Positions 16,287 through 27,398 of a DNA stretch of 57,400 bases are shown here, one piece after another. The notes beneath the pieces are model-generated. The model did no database searches. It saw only the letters and a program-made list of their open reading frames with translations, and was not told the DNA's origin. The DNA is from a virus (lineage: Duplodnaviria > Caudoviricetes), in IMG/VR virus record IMGVR_UViG_3300017655_000002, positions 1-57,400 of that record, one strand, 5' to 3'. How positions within the stretch are numbered: position 1 is the first letter of the stretch; the number at the start of each line of letters is the position of its first letter. A program made the translations under genes and the position numbers.

Positions 16287-17499
16287 AGCATTCGCCGACA
16301 TGTTCGGGCCAGAACGCTACCAAGGCTTGAGCGGCGGCCGAGGCAGTGCTAAGTCGCACTTCTTCGGAGGCCAGCTCGTCGAGGAGGCATTGCTCGGACA
16401 TGTTCGCGCTGCCTGCGTTCGCGAGGTGCAGAACTCAATCAAGGACTCGGTCAAGCAGCTGATCGAGGACTACATCGACGCATACGGCGCACGGTCGTTG
16501 TTCAAGATCACTGAGCGAGAGATCGTAGGCCCGCATGACAGCCTGTTTATCTTTCGCGGCCTGAAGAACCATACAGCTGCTTCGATCAAGTCGCTCGAAG
16601 GTTTTAATCGAGCCTGGTTCGAAGAAGCGCAGACGTTGTCTCAGCGATCACTGGACTTGGCGATCCCGACGTTTCGCTCTGGGTCGCAGCTGAGGTTTTC
16701 CTGGAACCCGGACAAACCCGAGGACCCTGTGGATCAGCTGTTCTCGGTCAACCGCGGCGACCCGGACTTTGTGCACAAGCATGTGACGTATCTCGACAAT
16801 CCTTGGTTTCCTGAGGAACTGCGTCGAGACATGTTGCGTGACAAGCGCAGGGACATCGACAAATACAACCACGTCTGGAAGGGCAAGTATCAGCGTAACT
16901 CGGAAGCGCGTGTCTTCAAGAACTGGGAGACGCATTCGTTCGAGACTCCTGCCGAGGTCATGTTCCTGCATGGCGCGGACTGGGGCTACTCGGTCGATCC
17001 GACTGTTCTGATCCGATGCTTCACTGGCAAGTGGGTCAATGGGCAGCCGGTCTACGATCCGAACGGCCTCATCCTCTTCATCGATCAGGAATGCTACAAG
17101 ATTGGTGTGGAGATCGATGACACGCCGAGGTTCTTCGACGGATTGGACAAAGAGAACACGGGAGCAGCCAAGACTTGGCCTATCATCGCGGACTCTGCCA
17201 ATCCTCAGGCGATATCGTATCTCAAGCGACACGGCTATCCGCTGATCCGTCCTTCGGTCAAAGGCCCGGGATCGATCAGGGAAGGCATCACGTTCTTGCA
17301 GGGATATGACATCATCGTGCATCCTCGGTGCAAGCATGTGGTCGATGAGCTGACTCACTTCTGCTTCAAGATCGATCCTAAGACGCTGCTCGTGACGAAC
17401 GAGCTCATGCAGACAAAGAACCACGTCATCGACTCACTGCGTTACGCTCTCGAGCCGGTACGTCGACCGAAACACAAGCCGATGGCAGGGAGCTACTGA
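16246..17499 (+). CDS. terL: Terminase large subunit (PBSX-like)
   Basis: GGRGSAKS, CVRE, WFEEA, SWNP, GADWG..DPT, NHVIDSLRYA. Confidence 0.95.
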   Translation: MSSSDQTLRIETAEAFADMFGPERYQGLSGGRGSAKSHFFGGQLVEEALLGHVRAACVREVQNSIKDSVKQLIEDYIDAYGARSLFKITEREIVGPHDSLFIFRGLKNHTAASIKSLEGFNRAWFEEAQTLSQRSLDLAIPTFRSGSQLRFSWNPDKPEDPVDQLFSVNRGDPDFVHKHVTYLDNPWFPEELRRDMLRDKRRDIDKYNHVWKGKYQRNSEARVFKNWETHSFETPAEVMFLHGADWGYSVDPTVLIRCFTGKWVNGQPVYDPNGLILFIDQECYKIGVEIDDTPRFFDGLDKENTGAAKTWPIIADSANPQAISYLKRHGYPLIRPSVKGPGSIREGITFLQGYDIIVHPRCKHVVDELTHFCFKIDPKTLLVTNELMQTKNHVIDSLRYALEPVRRPKHKPMAGSY

Positions 17500-19115
17500 T
17501 GTCTGGCACCTCTAACACCGTGAATAACCCGTCCAGCGACTACCTGGCGATGATCGAGTACTGGGACATGATTGCTGCGATCATGGGCGGTACGCCGACG
17601 ATGCGAGCAGGTGGCGAGAAGTACCTGCCCAAGTTCGAAAGCGAGAGCAACGAAGCCTACAAGGAACGTGTCCGTACGGCGATCTTCACGAACATCTTCC
17701 GGTCTATGGTCGAGGACCTGGCTGCTCGTCCCTTCACCAAGGAAATTCAGGTCAAGTGCTCGACCGCGATGGCGGTGCTCATGGAGAACGTGGACGGGCA
17801 GTACACGCATATCAACAAGTTCCTGTCGAACTGGTTCGAGGATGCGATTGCCAACGCCATCTCGTATGTCTTCGTTGACTACGCGCAGACGGACCCGAAC
17901 ACTATCGACGCTTCCGGGCGGCCTCGTCGCAAGACGTTGGCTGAGGAACGTGCCTCCGGTGCTCGTCCTTATGCGATCATGGTGCCGGCTCGCGATGCTA
18001 TCGCTGTGTACTCGGCGATCATCAACGGCGTCGAGGAGTTCGTGCACGTCAGGTTCCGTGAGTTCTACAAGCGGATCGACGGCTTCAACGAGATCATGGT
18101 CGAACAGGTCCGTGTGCTGACACGCGATCCGATCTTCCGAGACGACGTGGTGATTGGCTTTGAGCCGCCGCGGTTCGAAATCTGGGAAGCCAAGGCGTCT
18201 TCAATTCGCGGTACCGCCAAGCCGGCTTCGTTCAAGATGATCCAGTCCGGGCCTATCTCGCTGGATCGCATCCCGTTCACTGCTCTGGTGATCGGCAAGC
18301 GCGAGAAAGGCTGGATAGTCTTGGGCGCTATGAACGATGCGGCCTACCTGCAGATCGAGCACTACGAAGCGCAGAACGGGGTCAAGAACCTCAAGAAGCT
18401 GACTGCGTTCCCAATGCTCGCTGCCAATGGCGTCGATCCTGCATTCGACAAAGAAGGCAAGGTCGCACCACTTCCTGTGGGACCGCGTGCCGTGCTCTAC
18501 ACTGGCCGAGGCGAGGCGGGCAACCCGAGCGGGTCGTTCGATATCCTCGAGCCGGCAGGCACGTCGCTGGAGTTCCTGAGCAAGGACGCTAAGGACATCG
18601 CACAGGAGCTGCGAGAGCTTGGCCGTCAGCCGCTCACGGCATCGTCTCAGAACCTGACGGTGGTCACCACGGTCTTCGCTGCACGCAAAGGCAATGCGGC
18701 CATTCAGAATTGGGCACTCGACCTCAAGGACTCGGCAGAGAACTTCCTGATGTTTATGGCCATGTGGTCGAAGGACAGTCACGAGCCCGAGGTCGAGATG
18801 GACATGGACTTCTCGCTGGAGCCTGGCGAAAACGACGGCTTCTCCGATGTCCTGTCGATGCGCAGTAGCAAGGACCTGTCTCAGGACACGCTCTGGGCCG
18901 AGGCTAAGCGTCGTGGTCGCTTGTCCGCATCGTTCGATGCTGAGAAGGAACGTGAAGCACTCGAGAAGGAGGCTGACGGCGATGGCTCTGATGACGACGC
19001 AAGAGATGCGGTCACTCTGGCAGGAGGTGAAGGAGAACCAACGCCGCCTGAAGACGTGCAAGACACACAGGTTCCAGGGAGACCACGTCCTGGGGAAGAA
19101 GATGACGTGTCTTAA
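17499..19115 (+). CDS. Portal protein (DUF4055-like)
   Basis: Follows TerL; GT.TMRA.GEKYLPK...E...AY..R N-terminus; 538 aa. Confidence 0.85.
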   Translation: MSGTSNTVNNPSSDYLAMIEYWDMIAAIMGGTPTMRAGGEKYLPKFESESNEAYKERVRTAIFTNIFRSMVEDLAARPFTKEIQVKCSTAMAVLMENVDGQYTHINKFLSNWFEDAIANAISYVFVDYAQTDPNTIDASGRPRRKTLAEERASGARPYAIMVPARDAIAVYSAIINGVEEFVHVRFREFYKRIDGFNEIMVEQVRVLTRDPIFRDDVVIGFEPPRFEIWEAKASSIRGTAKPASFKMIQSGPISLDRIPFTALVIGKREKGWIVLGAMNDAAYLQIEHYEAQNGVKNLKKLTAFPMLAANGVDPAFDKEGKVAPLPVGPRAVLYTGRGEAGNPSGSFDILEPAGTSLEFLSKDAKDIAQELRELGRQPLTASSQNLTVVTTVFAARKGNAAIQNWALDLKDSAENFLMFMAMWSKDSHEPEVEMDMDFSLEPGENDGFSDVLSMRSSKDLSQDTLWAEAKRRGRLSASFDAEKEREALEKEADGDGSDDDARDAVTLAGGEGEPTPPEDVQDTQVPGRPRPGEEDDVS

Positions 19116-19218
19116 CTGCGGCGGTTCGCTGTCGCCTTCGGACATCTTGATGTATGCTCGAGGCTACGCTGCCGCCGGAGGCAAGCTCGAGGACATTTGG
19201 CCGGCACTGAAGGAGTAA
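18982..19218 (+). CDS. Small Zn-finger-like protein overlapping the portal 3' end
   Basis: AGGAGG RBS; CKTHRF...CLNCGG; ends 4 nt before next gene. Confidence 0.6.
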   Translation: MALMTTQEMRSLWQEVKENQRRLKTCKTHRFQGDHVLGKKMTCLNCGGSLSPSDILMYARGYAAAGGKLEDIWPALKE

Positions 19219-19222
19219 GAGC

Positions 19223-19534
19223 ATGGCTACAGTACGAGGGGAATTCATCATCCTCGGCGGTGGTGCATCTGCGTATGCCGCCAACATCATCAAGGACGTG
19301 GTCGGTACGTTTACGGCAGAGTCCGGTGACACGGTCGATATCCCGAACGACAAGCCGGATGGGACAGTCTATGTCCGTCTGACCGCAATCGGCGGATCAT
19401 CGTTCGTTGCCTGGGGCGCCAACCCAACAGCATCGGGCGAACTTCCGGCGCATGAGCTGCGTCTGGTCGACGGTCTGCCCGAGGCTATCTCTGTAACGGG
19501 CGGCTGGAAGCTGTCATTCCTCGACGGAGACTGA
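19223..19534 (+). CDS. Putative virion structural protein
   Basis: AGGAG RBS; beta-rich; in head module. Confidence 0.6.
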   Translation: MATVRGEFIILGGGASAYAANIIKDVVGTFTAESGDTVDIPNDKPDGTVYVRLTAIGGSSFVAWGANPTASGELPAHELRLVDGLPEAISVTGGWKLSFLDGD

Positions 19535-19535
19535 T

Positions 19536-19894
19536 ATGGTCATGATCCTCGGCTACGGGTACGGCGTCAGCTTCGTGCGCAAGACAGGGCAAGCAGGACC
19601 TCCTCCCACACCGAGGCCCGTGCTCAACCTCAGCGCAGGCAACTGGCTGTATCCGGATGACATCGCAAATCGTCCGTCTTGGCTGACCGACGCTGACTTC
19701 ACGCTCGGCACGAATGACTTCCTGTGGGTCACCGATCACTGGGAAGCTCAAGACGCTTTCCCGACGGTCAACGGGTTGGCAACCCTCACGCAAGGCGCAG
19801 ACTCGATCACGGCTCGTTGGAGAAACGCTGAGGTCGGCACGCCTTACTGGATCAATGGCTACTCGGTAGCCGGTTACGTAGAAGGGAGCCTCTG

Positions 19895-19895
<1 letters not shown>
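19536..19895 (+). CDS. Putative virion structural protein
   Basis: Coupled to collagen-like gene. Confidence 0.6.
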
Positions 19896-21397
<1,502 letters not shown>

Positions 21398-21400
21398 GCT

Positions 21401-22411
21401 ATGAGACATGGAAACCTTCGCAGGTCATTGCGTCTCAAGGCTGCCGAGGTCAGTGACCTGCCCGCCTTTGTCATCATGAGGTCCGGTGTTCCTTGGTTCT
21501 CTTACGATGGAGTGAACTGGGAGCAGGGCACAGGTACCCCGCCATCGGTTAATATCTGGGGCGGCGCATACAACGGGGAGAAGTTCCTGTTCGTCGGATC
21601 GAGCGGCGCACTGTTCGAGTCGGCCAATGGCAAGGACTTCACTCCGGGCACCATTTCAGGCGGCTCAGGTAACATAGGCAGCGCCAACCTCGAAAACTTC
21701 GGCTGGTGTGAAGGTCTCGGCAGGTTCGTCGGGCTGAGGACTAACAACGTCTATTCCTCTCCTGACGGCCTACCCGGTACTTGGACAAACCACAGCTCAG
21801 TGCCGGGCAGGCAGACGAGCAATAACAAGCTGATCGTTTTGAAGAACGGTGTGCTGTTGATATCGTCTTCTGCTACTTCGCCCTACCCGACGCAGATGCA
21901 ATACTCGACTGACTTGGTGAATTGGCCTGTGATTTGGACGACTAGTCCCGGCACTTCGCTCAATTACCTGGCCGAGGCGTGCGCAGTCGGTAATGGTATG
22001 GCGGCGATGCGTCGAGAGATCGACCAGTCGCTGCGTTCGGCGGACATGTCCTCTGTGGTCAACGGGGGCGCGTTCGGCTTCGGTGTGCCTTACTCGGACC
22101 TCTCGAGTGACTCAAAGATGGTCTATGCACCTTTCTTGGATAGGCTGATCATCTTGAGCGGGTCTAACTGGCTTGGGAAGTACAGCGACAACAAAGGCGT
22201 CTCCTGGTCTGCAATGGCCGCCTCGCCTGCAGGTCCTGGGTCGTCTAACACCCGATTGAAATGGTCCGAAGCCGCGAAGAAGTTTCTGGCTATGGCGAAT
22301 AACAGTACCGCCGCGGGCCAGAACATTCGGCTGTCTTCCGACGGGAGTTCCTTCGCCACTCAAGCTGTGTGGGGCACGACAGGCTCAAGTACTGCGATCA
22401 TCGCACGGTGA
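21401..22411 (+). CDS. Asp-box/beta-propeller-like putative receptor-binding protein
   Basis: Repeated S.DG..W motifs (SYDGVNW, SANGKDF, STDLVNW, SDNKGVSW, SSDGSSF); Ser/Gly-rich. Confidence 0.65.
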   Translation: MRHGNLRRSLRLKAAEVSDLPAFVIMRSGVPWFSYDGVNWEQGTGTPPSVNIWGGAYNGEKFLFVGSSGALFESANGKDFTPGTISGGSGNIGSANLENFGWCEGLGRFVGLRTNNVYSSPDGLPGTWTNHSSVPGRQTSNNKLIVLKNGVLLISSSATSPYPTQMQYSTDLVNWPVIWTTSPGTSLNYLAEACAVGNGMAAMRREIDQSLRSADMSSVVNGGAFGFGVPYSDLSSDSKMVYAPFLDRLIILSGSNWLGKYSDNKGVSWSAMAASPAGPGSSNTRLKWSEAAKKFLAMANNSTAAGQNIRLSSDGSSFATQAVWGTTGSSTAIIAR

Positions 22412-22550
22412 GAGTGTGGTGGTTGACGAAGGCCACGCTTTCGCCGATCATCGACTGGCAATAAACAATGGAGGTGACGAATGCTCAAGCGACGTGTCAA
22501 CTGCCACCCTCCGTTTCGTTAGGTTTTGGGCTTGTCCTAAATCCTCGAGA

Positions 22551-22588
22551 GAGAAGGCTCAGATGTCTCCTGCATCTGGGCCTTTTTC
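22551..22588 (+). terminator. Intrinsic terminator
   Basis: AAGGCTCAGATG-N7-CATCTGGGCCTT followed by T tract. Confidence 0.8.
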
Positions 22589-22640
22589 GTTCTTATGCAA
22601 GGACCGCACCCCCGCGGCCCTTTCGTAAGAGGGAAATCAA

Positions 22641-23405
22641 ATGGAAAGATCAGTTTGGATTGGTTTCGATCCTCGAGAGGCTGGAGCCTTCTCAGTCTTG
22701 CGTCATTCGATCAGGAGGCATTCGTTGTCACCGATCCAGATCAATGGCCTTGTCCTCCACACGTTGCGCGAACGTGACCTTTACACTCGCCCGACGAAGC
22801 GCGACATTCATGGCAACCTGTGGGATGTCATCTCTGACGCGCCGATGGCGACGGAGTTCTCGATCAGTCGGTTCTTCGTGCCTCACCTGGTCAAGCTGAA
22901 GACTCGCCGGGAGGTTCAACGTCCGGGCAGTCGTTGGGCGTTGTTCATGGATTGCGACATGCTTGTGACGCAGCCCATCGAGCGCTTGTTCGCCCTGGCG
23001 GATGATCGGTACGCGGTGATGGTCGTCAAGCACAACCACGTGCCGACCGAGGCCACCAAGATGGACGGGCAGCATCAGACGCAATACGGGCGGAAGAATT
23101 GGTCGAGCGTGATGCTCTTCAACATCGATCACCCGAGCAACGTCGGGCTGAGTCTCGAATTGTTGAACGGGGTACCGGGCCGCGACCTGCATCAGTTCTG
23201 CTGGTTGCCCGATGACGCGATTGGCGAACTGCCGCTGACGTGGAACTACCTCGTCGGGCACAATCGCCCACAGGAGCTCGGTGACGCGGAAATGCGCCCT
23301 CCGTGCAATATCCACTACACGGAAGGCATTCCGACGATGCACGGCTACGAGAACTGCGATTTCGCAGGCCTCTGGCATGACGAGCTCAGACTTTGGTCTG
23401 CCTGA
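22641..23405 (+). CDS. Glycosyltransferase (GT-A, GT8-like)
   Basis: WIGFDPRE, TEFSISRF.VP, FMDCD (DxD), RKNWSS.ML, WN.LVG, IHYTEG.P. Confidence 0.9.
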   Translation: MERSVWIGFDPREAGAFSVLRHSIRRHSLSPIQINGLVLHTLRERDLYTRPTKRDIHGNLWDVISDAPMATEFSISRFFVPHLVKLKTRREVQRPGSRWALFMDCDMLVTQPIERLFALADDRYAVMVVKHNHVPTEATKMDGQHQTQYGRKNWSSVMLFNIDHPSNVGLSLELLNGVPGRDLHQFCWLPDDAIGELPLTWNYLVGHNRPQELGDAEMRPPCNIHYTEGIPTMHGYENCDFAGLWHDELRLWSA

Positions 23406-23556
23406 TACGTGCAAGCCATGCAAGATACAGGGCGAAGGCCGCGAGGAACTTGGTCTCGTCCTGTATCATCCCTGTGGCCTTGAGCCCGAGGGCGATGACC
23501 AGACTGAGAGCCGTGCACCCGATTGCCTGGAGTACTGTCTTTTGTCGGTAGGTCAC
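23386..23556 (-). CDS. Small two-TM membrane protein (56 aa)
   Basis: GTGA coupling; MTYRQKTVLQAIGCTALSLVIALGL...FLAAFALYLAWLARIR. Confidence 0.55.
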   Translation of the reverse strand: MTYRQKTVLQAIGCTALSLVIALGLKATGMIQDETKFLAAFALYLAWLARIRQTKV

Positions 23557-23756
23557 AGGATGCTCCTTTCGAGCTTTTTCTTAAGGGCCTTGAACTGCTC
23601 GAGGATGTCGACCATCCGCCGAGCATTGTCTTCGCTGAGGCTCTGCAGGGATGCAAGGCCGAAGGTCATGTTGCTGTCGCAGTGATCCAGCAGGAACTGA
23701 TGTTCCTCCTGGGTCAATTCGACAACGGCGAACGGGGGCGAATTCGTGTCAACCAT
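23553..23756 (-). CDS. Hypothetical protein
   Basis: AGGAG RBS, coupled. Confidence 0.65.
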   Translation of the reverse strand: MVDTNSPPFAVVELTQEEHQFLLDHCDSNMTFGLASLQSLSEDNARRMVDILEQFKALKKKLERSIL

Positions 23757-24007
23757 CAGCTCCTCCGGTCAACAAGGGTGCCTGCAGCGAATGCGGCGGC
23801 ATGGATGAGCTGGGGGTGGCGGATCAACGTCTGCCACACTTCGTCCTGTTCGTCCTCGTCGAGGGACGTCTCATGGCTGAGGCCCGCGAGGAACAGGAGG
23901 CGGGCGTTCGAAGCCTTGGCGTCTGCCTCGTTGGGCCAGGTGGTACCTTGTGTATCCGCCCAGCAGGTTGTGGGCTTGGGATCGGGGATTGCGTGATGAC
24001 TAGTCAT
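23756..24007 (-). CDS. Hypothetical protein
   Basis: AGGAG RBS before MTSHHAIPDP. Confidence 0.6.
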   Translation of the reverse strand: MTSHHAIPDPKPTTCWADTQGTTWPNEADAKASNARLLFLAGLSHETSLDEDEQDEVWQTLIRHPQLIHAAAFAAGTLVDRRS

Positions 24008-24314
24008 TGCGGCGTCTCCTTTTGCGTTTGGGGTTGGCGGCACGTTCGAGCTGCAAGACAAGCTGCTCCTGTTTGACGACACGAGGAGGCTTGGCCTTGC
24101 GTTCGATAACCTCTGTGTGGTGATCGAGGAACTCTTCCAGCGCGCCGAGCAACGCCTTCTCGAGGTCCTGATTGGTGACGCAACCCCAACTCATGTTGTC
24201 GGGGCCGCGCAGGTTCGCTTGAATGTGACCGTCCGAGTTCACCCAGATGGTGAGCCCGGTGCAGCCACGTCGGTCGAATGCCCGCTTGATACGGGCGAGC
24301 GTGATGTCAGTCAC
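24000..24314 (-). CDS. Hypothetical protein
   Basis: AGGAGG RBS before GTG start. Confidence 0.6.
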   Translation of the reverse strand: MTDITLARIKRAFDRRGCTGLTIWVNSDGHIQANLRGPDNMSWGCVTNQDLEKALLGALEEFLDHHTEVIERKAKPPRVVKQEQLVLQLERAANPKRKRRRRND

Positions 24315-24315
24315 G

Positions 24316-24603
24316 TCAGTCCTCCTGTTCGTGGACGGCGAACTTAGCATAGATTTCGTCTATGCGTAATGTGAAAAAGTCTCGAGCAGCCTGCTCGGTC
24401 TTGTGAGCGCCTTTGAGGGTGACCCAACGCCAGCCGCTCGAAGGGACATCGCTCTTGATCATGATCGAGCAACGCCACAGACCATCCTGACGGCGCTCGG
24501 TGATTGTGCCGATCTTGCGACGCTTGACCTTGACGTCTGTGTAGCCAAGGGCGAACGAACGGTACCGCCCGGTGTGATGCATACGCTTGAAGGTGACTTT
24601 CAT
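24316..24603 (-). CDS. Hypothetical basic protein
   Basis: AGGAGG RBS. Confidence 0.7.
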   Translation of the reverse strand: MKVTFKRMHHTGRYRSFALGYTDVKVKRRKIGTITERRQDGLWRCSIMIKSDVPSSGWRWVTLKGAHKTEQAARDFFTLRIDEIYAKFAVHEQED

Positions 24604-24642
24604 GGCAGTGCCTCCTGTGGGGGCATTCGCGCCCCCGAGAGA

Positions 24643-24963
24643 TTAGAACGTGTAGATGCCGCGGTCGGCCATGATCATCGCGTAGCCACCGACGGAGTCC
24701 TTGCGAGACATGACCTCGGTCTGGTCAAGGCCGATGGCCCACTTGTTGACCGAAGGGATATGGACGACAACGTAGCGAGCGGGTCGAATGTTCTTGGCTT
24801 CATCGTCGGAGAAGCCATGCTTGGAGAAGTACACGGCGAGGAACTTAGCTTCCTCTTCGGCGACCTTCTCAGCAGTGGCCTCGGAGGAGTACAGCTTGCA
24901 GGGCTTCTTGGTTTCGGTCAGGCGCTTTTCGATGCGGGCGACGAGGTCCTTAACAATGTTCAT
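24643..24963 (-). CDS. Hypothetical protein
   Basis: AAGGAG RBS. Confidence 0.75.
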   Translation of the reverse strand: MNIVKDLVARIEKRLTETKKPCKLYSSEATAEKVAEEEAKFLAVYFSKHGFSDDEAKNIRPARYVVVHIPSVNKWAIGLDQTEVMSRKDSVGGYAMIMADRGIYTF

Positions 24964-24975
24964 GTCTGTGGCTCC

Positions 24976-25128
24976 TTACTTGGCGACGACGTGGTAGGCG
25001 ACGGTGTTGTTCTTGGCAGCGACGATGCGACGGCCTTCAGCCTCGGCAGCTTCGCGGGTATCGAACTTCTTGGACAGCTCGCGCATCGAGTTGTTCTTGA
25101 GGTTGCGGAGGCGGATAACGTACTTCAT
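24976..25128 (-). CDS. Small hypothetical protein (50 aa)
   Basis: AAGGA RBS just after promoter; MKYVIRLRNLK. Confidence 0.7.
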   Translation of the reverse strand: MKYVIRLRNLKNNSMRELSKKFDTREAAEAEGRRIVAAKNNTVAYHVVAK

Positions 25129-25156
25129 CGGATCAGTTCCTTGTTTCGATGAAGAT

Positions 25157-25229
25157 ACCATAGGCCTTTGCCGTGGGGAAGTAAAGAACAACCCCACAGC
25201 AACCTTGGTCATGGTTAAGAATTCGTCAA
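25157..25229 (-). promoter_or_regulatory. Sigma70-type promoter with CtrA-like box
   Basis: TTGA-CGAATTC-TTAACCAT, 25 nt, TTTACT-N17-TATGGT; leader TCTTCATCGAAACAAGGA. Confidence 0.7.
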
Positions 25230-25411
25230 GCGCGTCCGGTTGCCTTGTTCCAACGATCCGCGGCCGCCTTCGCACCGCGCATGGTGGTGTAGTGACCGAG
25301 GATCGGATTGACGCAGCCCTTGGGCTTGAGGACCACGAAGGGACGAGCAGTATCGAGCATGGCGGCAACGCGATTAACGCGATTGTCATGGGCGGTAGCA
25401 AGGTGGGCCAT
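25226..25411 (-). CDS. Small hypothetical protein (61 aa)
   Basis: AAGGAG RBS before MAHLATAHDN. Confidence 0.65.
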   Translation of the reverse strand: MAHLATAHDNRVNRVAAMLDTARPFVVLKPKGCVNPILGHYTTMRGAKAAADRWNKATGRA

Positions 25412-25439
25412 CGGGCATCTCCTTTGTTTCGATGAAGAC

Positions 25440-25468
25440 AGTATATGGCACCTTGAAGGGGAACTCAA
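25440..25468 (-). promoter_or_regulatory. Sigma70-type promoter
   Basis: TTGAGT-N17-TATACT; leader TCTTCATCGAAACAAAGGAG. Confidence 0.75.
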
Positions 25469-25472
25469 GAGA

Positions 25473-26132
25473 ATGTCCACGATAACCTATGCCTGCGTGT
25501 GGGTAGGCCCAAGATATGGTAAAGAATACGTTGAGAAGCTGAGGAGCATGTTGATGCGTCACTCGAAAGGGTACCGCGTTCGCATGATCTGCCTCACTGA
25601 TCGACGGGAACAGGTCGAAGGCGTCGAGATGATCGATGTCAGTCGGTACCGGCTTGATCGCTGGTGGCCGAAGATGATCTTGTTTGATCCTCGTGTCCGA
25701 GGTCGAGGCGATTGTCTCTACTTCGACCTTGACACGGTGGTGGTTGATCGGCTCCGGCCACTCATCGAACTCGAGACGCGGTTCGGTATCTGCGCCAACT
25801 TCACTCGAAGGTCGGGGTCGATCAACTATCCGTGCGGCTACGGCTCTTGCGTGATGAAACTCGCCGACGGGTTTGGTCTCGACATATGGGACGCCTTCGC
25901 CGACAATGGCACCAACATCATGACCTCCTGTGGGAACTACGGAGATCAGATGGCAATCGAACGCCTACATCCGGGCGCGACGTTGCTGCAGGACGCACTG
26001 CCATCGGGTTTCTTCGTTGGCCGTCGCGAATTCACGGACCGAGTACCGGATGGAGCATCGATCATGGTCTTCGCCGGACCCGAGAAACCTCACACGTCTC
26101 AGCACCGCTGGGTCAAGGAGCATTGGAAATGA
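25473..26132 (+). CDS. Glycosyltransferase (GT-A)
   Basis: CVWVG..Y..EYVEKL, CLTD, WWPKM.LF, YFDLD (DxD), GDQ, FAG..KP. Confidence 0.85.
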   Translation: MSTITYACVWVGPRYGKEYVEKLRSMLMRHSKGYRVRMICLTDRREQVEGVEMIDVSRYRLDRWWPKMILFDPRVRGRGDCLYFDLDTVVVDRLRPLIELETRFGICANFTRRSGSINYPCGYGSCVMKLADGFGLDIWDAFADNGTNIMTSCGNYGDQMAIERLHPGATLLQDALPSGFFVGRREFTDRVPDGASIMVFAGPEKPHTSQHRWVKEHWK

Positions 26133-26776
26133 GATACTCATCCATCCGAGTCGGCGATGTCAAAGTCGAGCTCGAGGCAAGTGACCGCATCGTCTCCGAA
26201 CGTCTGGACAAGGGCATCCCCTTCGAGCCTCAGACGCTGGCGGTGTTCCCACAGCTGATCAAGCCCGGGTCGATCTTCCTTGACATCGGCTGCTACTCGG
26301 GTCTGTTCTCGATTGCGGCGGTGAAGATGGGAGCCATCGCCTACGGCTTCGAGCCGATGCAGGAAAATCGAGATCAGATCGCGACGAACCAGAAGCGCAA
26401 CGGCGTCGACTTCACCGTCTATCCTGTGGCAGTGTCCTCTCAGGGCGGCAAAGGCGAACTCGCCTATAACCCGAAGGTTAAGCTGACTGCGGGCGCTTCA
26501 CTTGATCGCAAGTCGGGGCCGAAACGTTCGGTCGACCTGGTGACCATCGACGGCTACTGCTTCCGCAACGTGTCGTGTGTCAAGATCGACATCGAAGGTC
26601 ACGAGCCGAAGGCGTTGCGAGGAATGCGCGAGACGCTTCGCCGCGAGAAGCCTTGGCTGATCATCGAGGCCAATGACGGTGAACACCAGGAAGCCATCAT
26701 CGAGGAACTGGGGGAAGGGTCTTATGAGCTCGATAGCATCCTCGATATCCGGAACATGGTCTTCCGTCCGATTTGA
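26129..26776 (+). CDS. FkbM-family SAM methyltransferase
   Basis: FLDIGCYSGLFS, GFEP, VKIDIEGHE..AL.GM..TL...KP.LIIE. Confidence 0.9.
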   Translation: MRYSSIRVGDVKVELEASDRIVSERLDKGIPFEPQTLAVFPQLIKPGSIFLDIGCYSGLFSIAAVKMGAIAYGFEPMQENRDQIATNQKRNGVDFTVYPVAVSSQGGKGELAYNPKVKLTAGASLDRKSGPKRSVDLVTIDGYCFRNVSCVKIDIEGHEPKALRGMRETLRREKPWLIIEANDGEHQEAIIEELGEGSYELDSILDIRNMVFRPI

Positions 26777-27398
26777 TCCGGTGACGATACGGGCAGACGC
26801 GGTGGCAATCGTCGCGTCGGGCCCGTCTTTCAGGACCACTCCTTTCGACAACCTGAAAGACCACGTTCATGTGATCGCGGTCAAGGGAGCAATCTTCGGC
26901 TTGCCTCGCGCAGACAGCTGGATCACAGTCGACGCCAACCGCAGAACACGGCAGCGCATCATGTCGCCCGAACAACGTAAGGAAGGAACTCGTTACTATG
27001 CCGCGGTCCCTGAAGACTTTGGTAGGCCTGATGCTCGCCTCCTGTGGCATCGCAATCCTCCCGAGCCCGATATTCATTGGCTACATCGCATCTCGGGCAT
27101 TGGCTTGTCTGAGGATGCGTCACGCCTGCATACCGGCAACAGTGCCTTCGGCGCGTTGGGTCTCGCTTACCACATGGGAGCGAAGAAGGTGGCATTGTTT
27201 GGCGTTGACGGCACCCAAGAACCGTACGGCATCGGCCTGGGCCGGCCACGTGGCTCGCTGGCGCACTTACCGGCATTGTTCTCCTCGGCAGCGACGCAAC
27301 TCAGCCAGGCTGGCGTTCTGGTCAAAAACGCAGGCTTCCTACCGGCATTTGACCGAGTCGACGCCGGGAGTGCGATTGCATGGCTAAACGGTGCTTGA
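26724..27398 (+). CDS. CstII/Maf(DUF115)-like glycosyltransferase-fold protein
   Basis: AIVASGPS, VIAV, GNSAFGALGLAYHMGAKKVALFGVD. Confidence 0.65.
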   Translation: MSSIASSISGTWSSVRFDPVTIRADAVAIVASGPSFRTTPFDNLKDHVHVIAVKGAIFGLPRADSWITVDANRRTRQRIMSPEQRKEGTRYYAAVPEDFGRPDARLLWHRNPPEPDIHWLHRISGIGLSEDASRLHTGNSAFGALGLAYHMGAKKVALFGVDGTQEPYGIGLGRPRGSLAHLPALFSSAATQLSQAGVLVKNAGFLPAFDRVDAGSAIAWLNGA

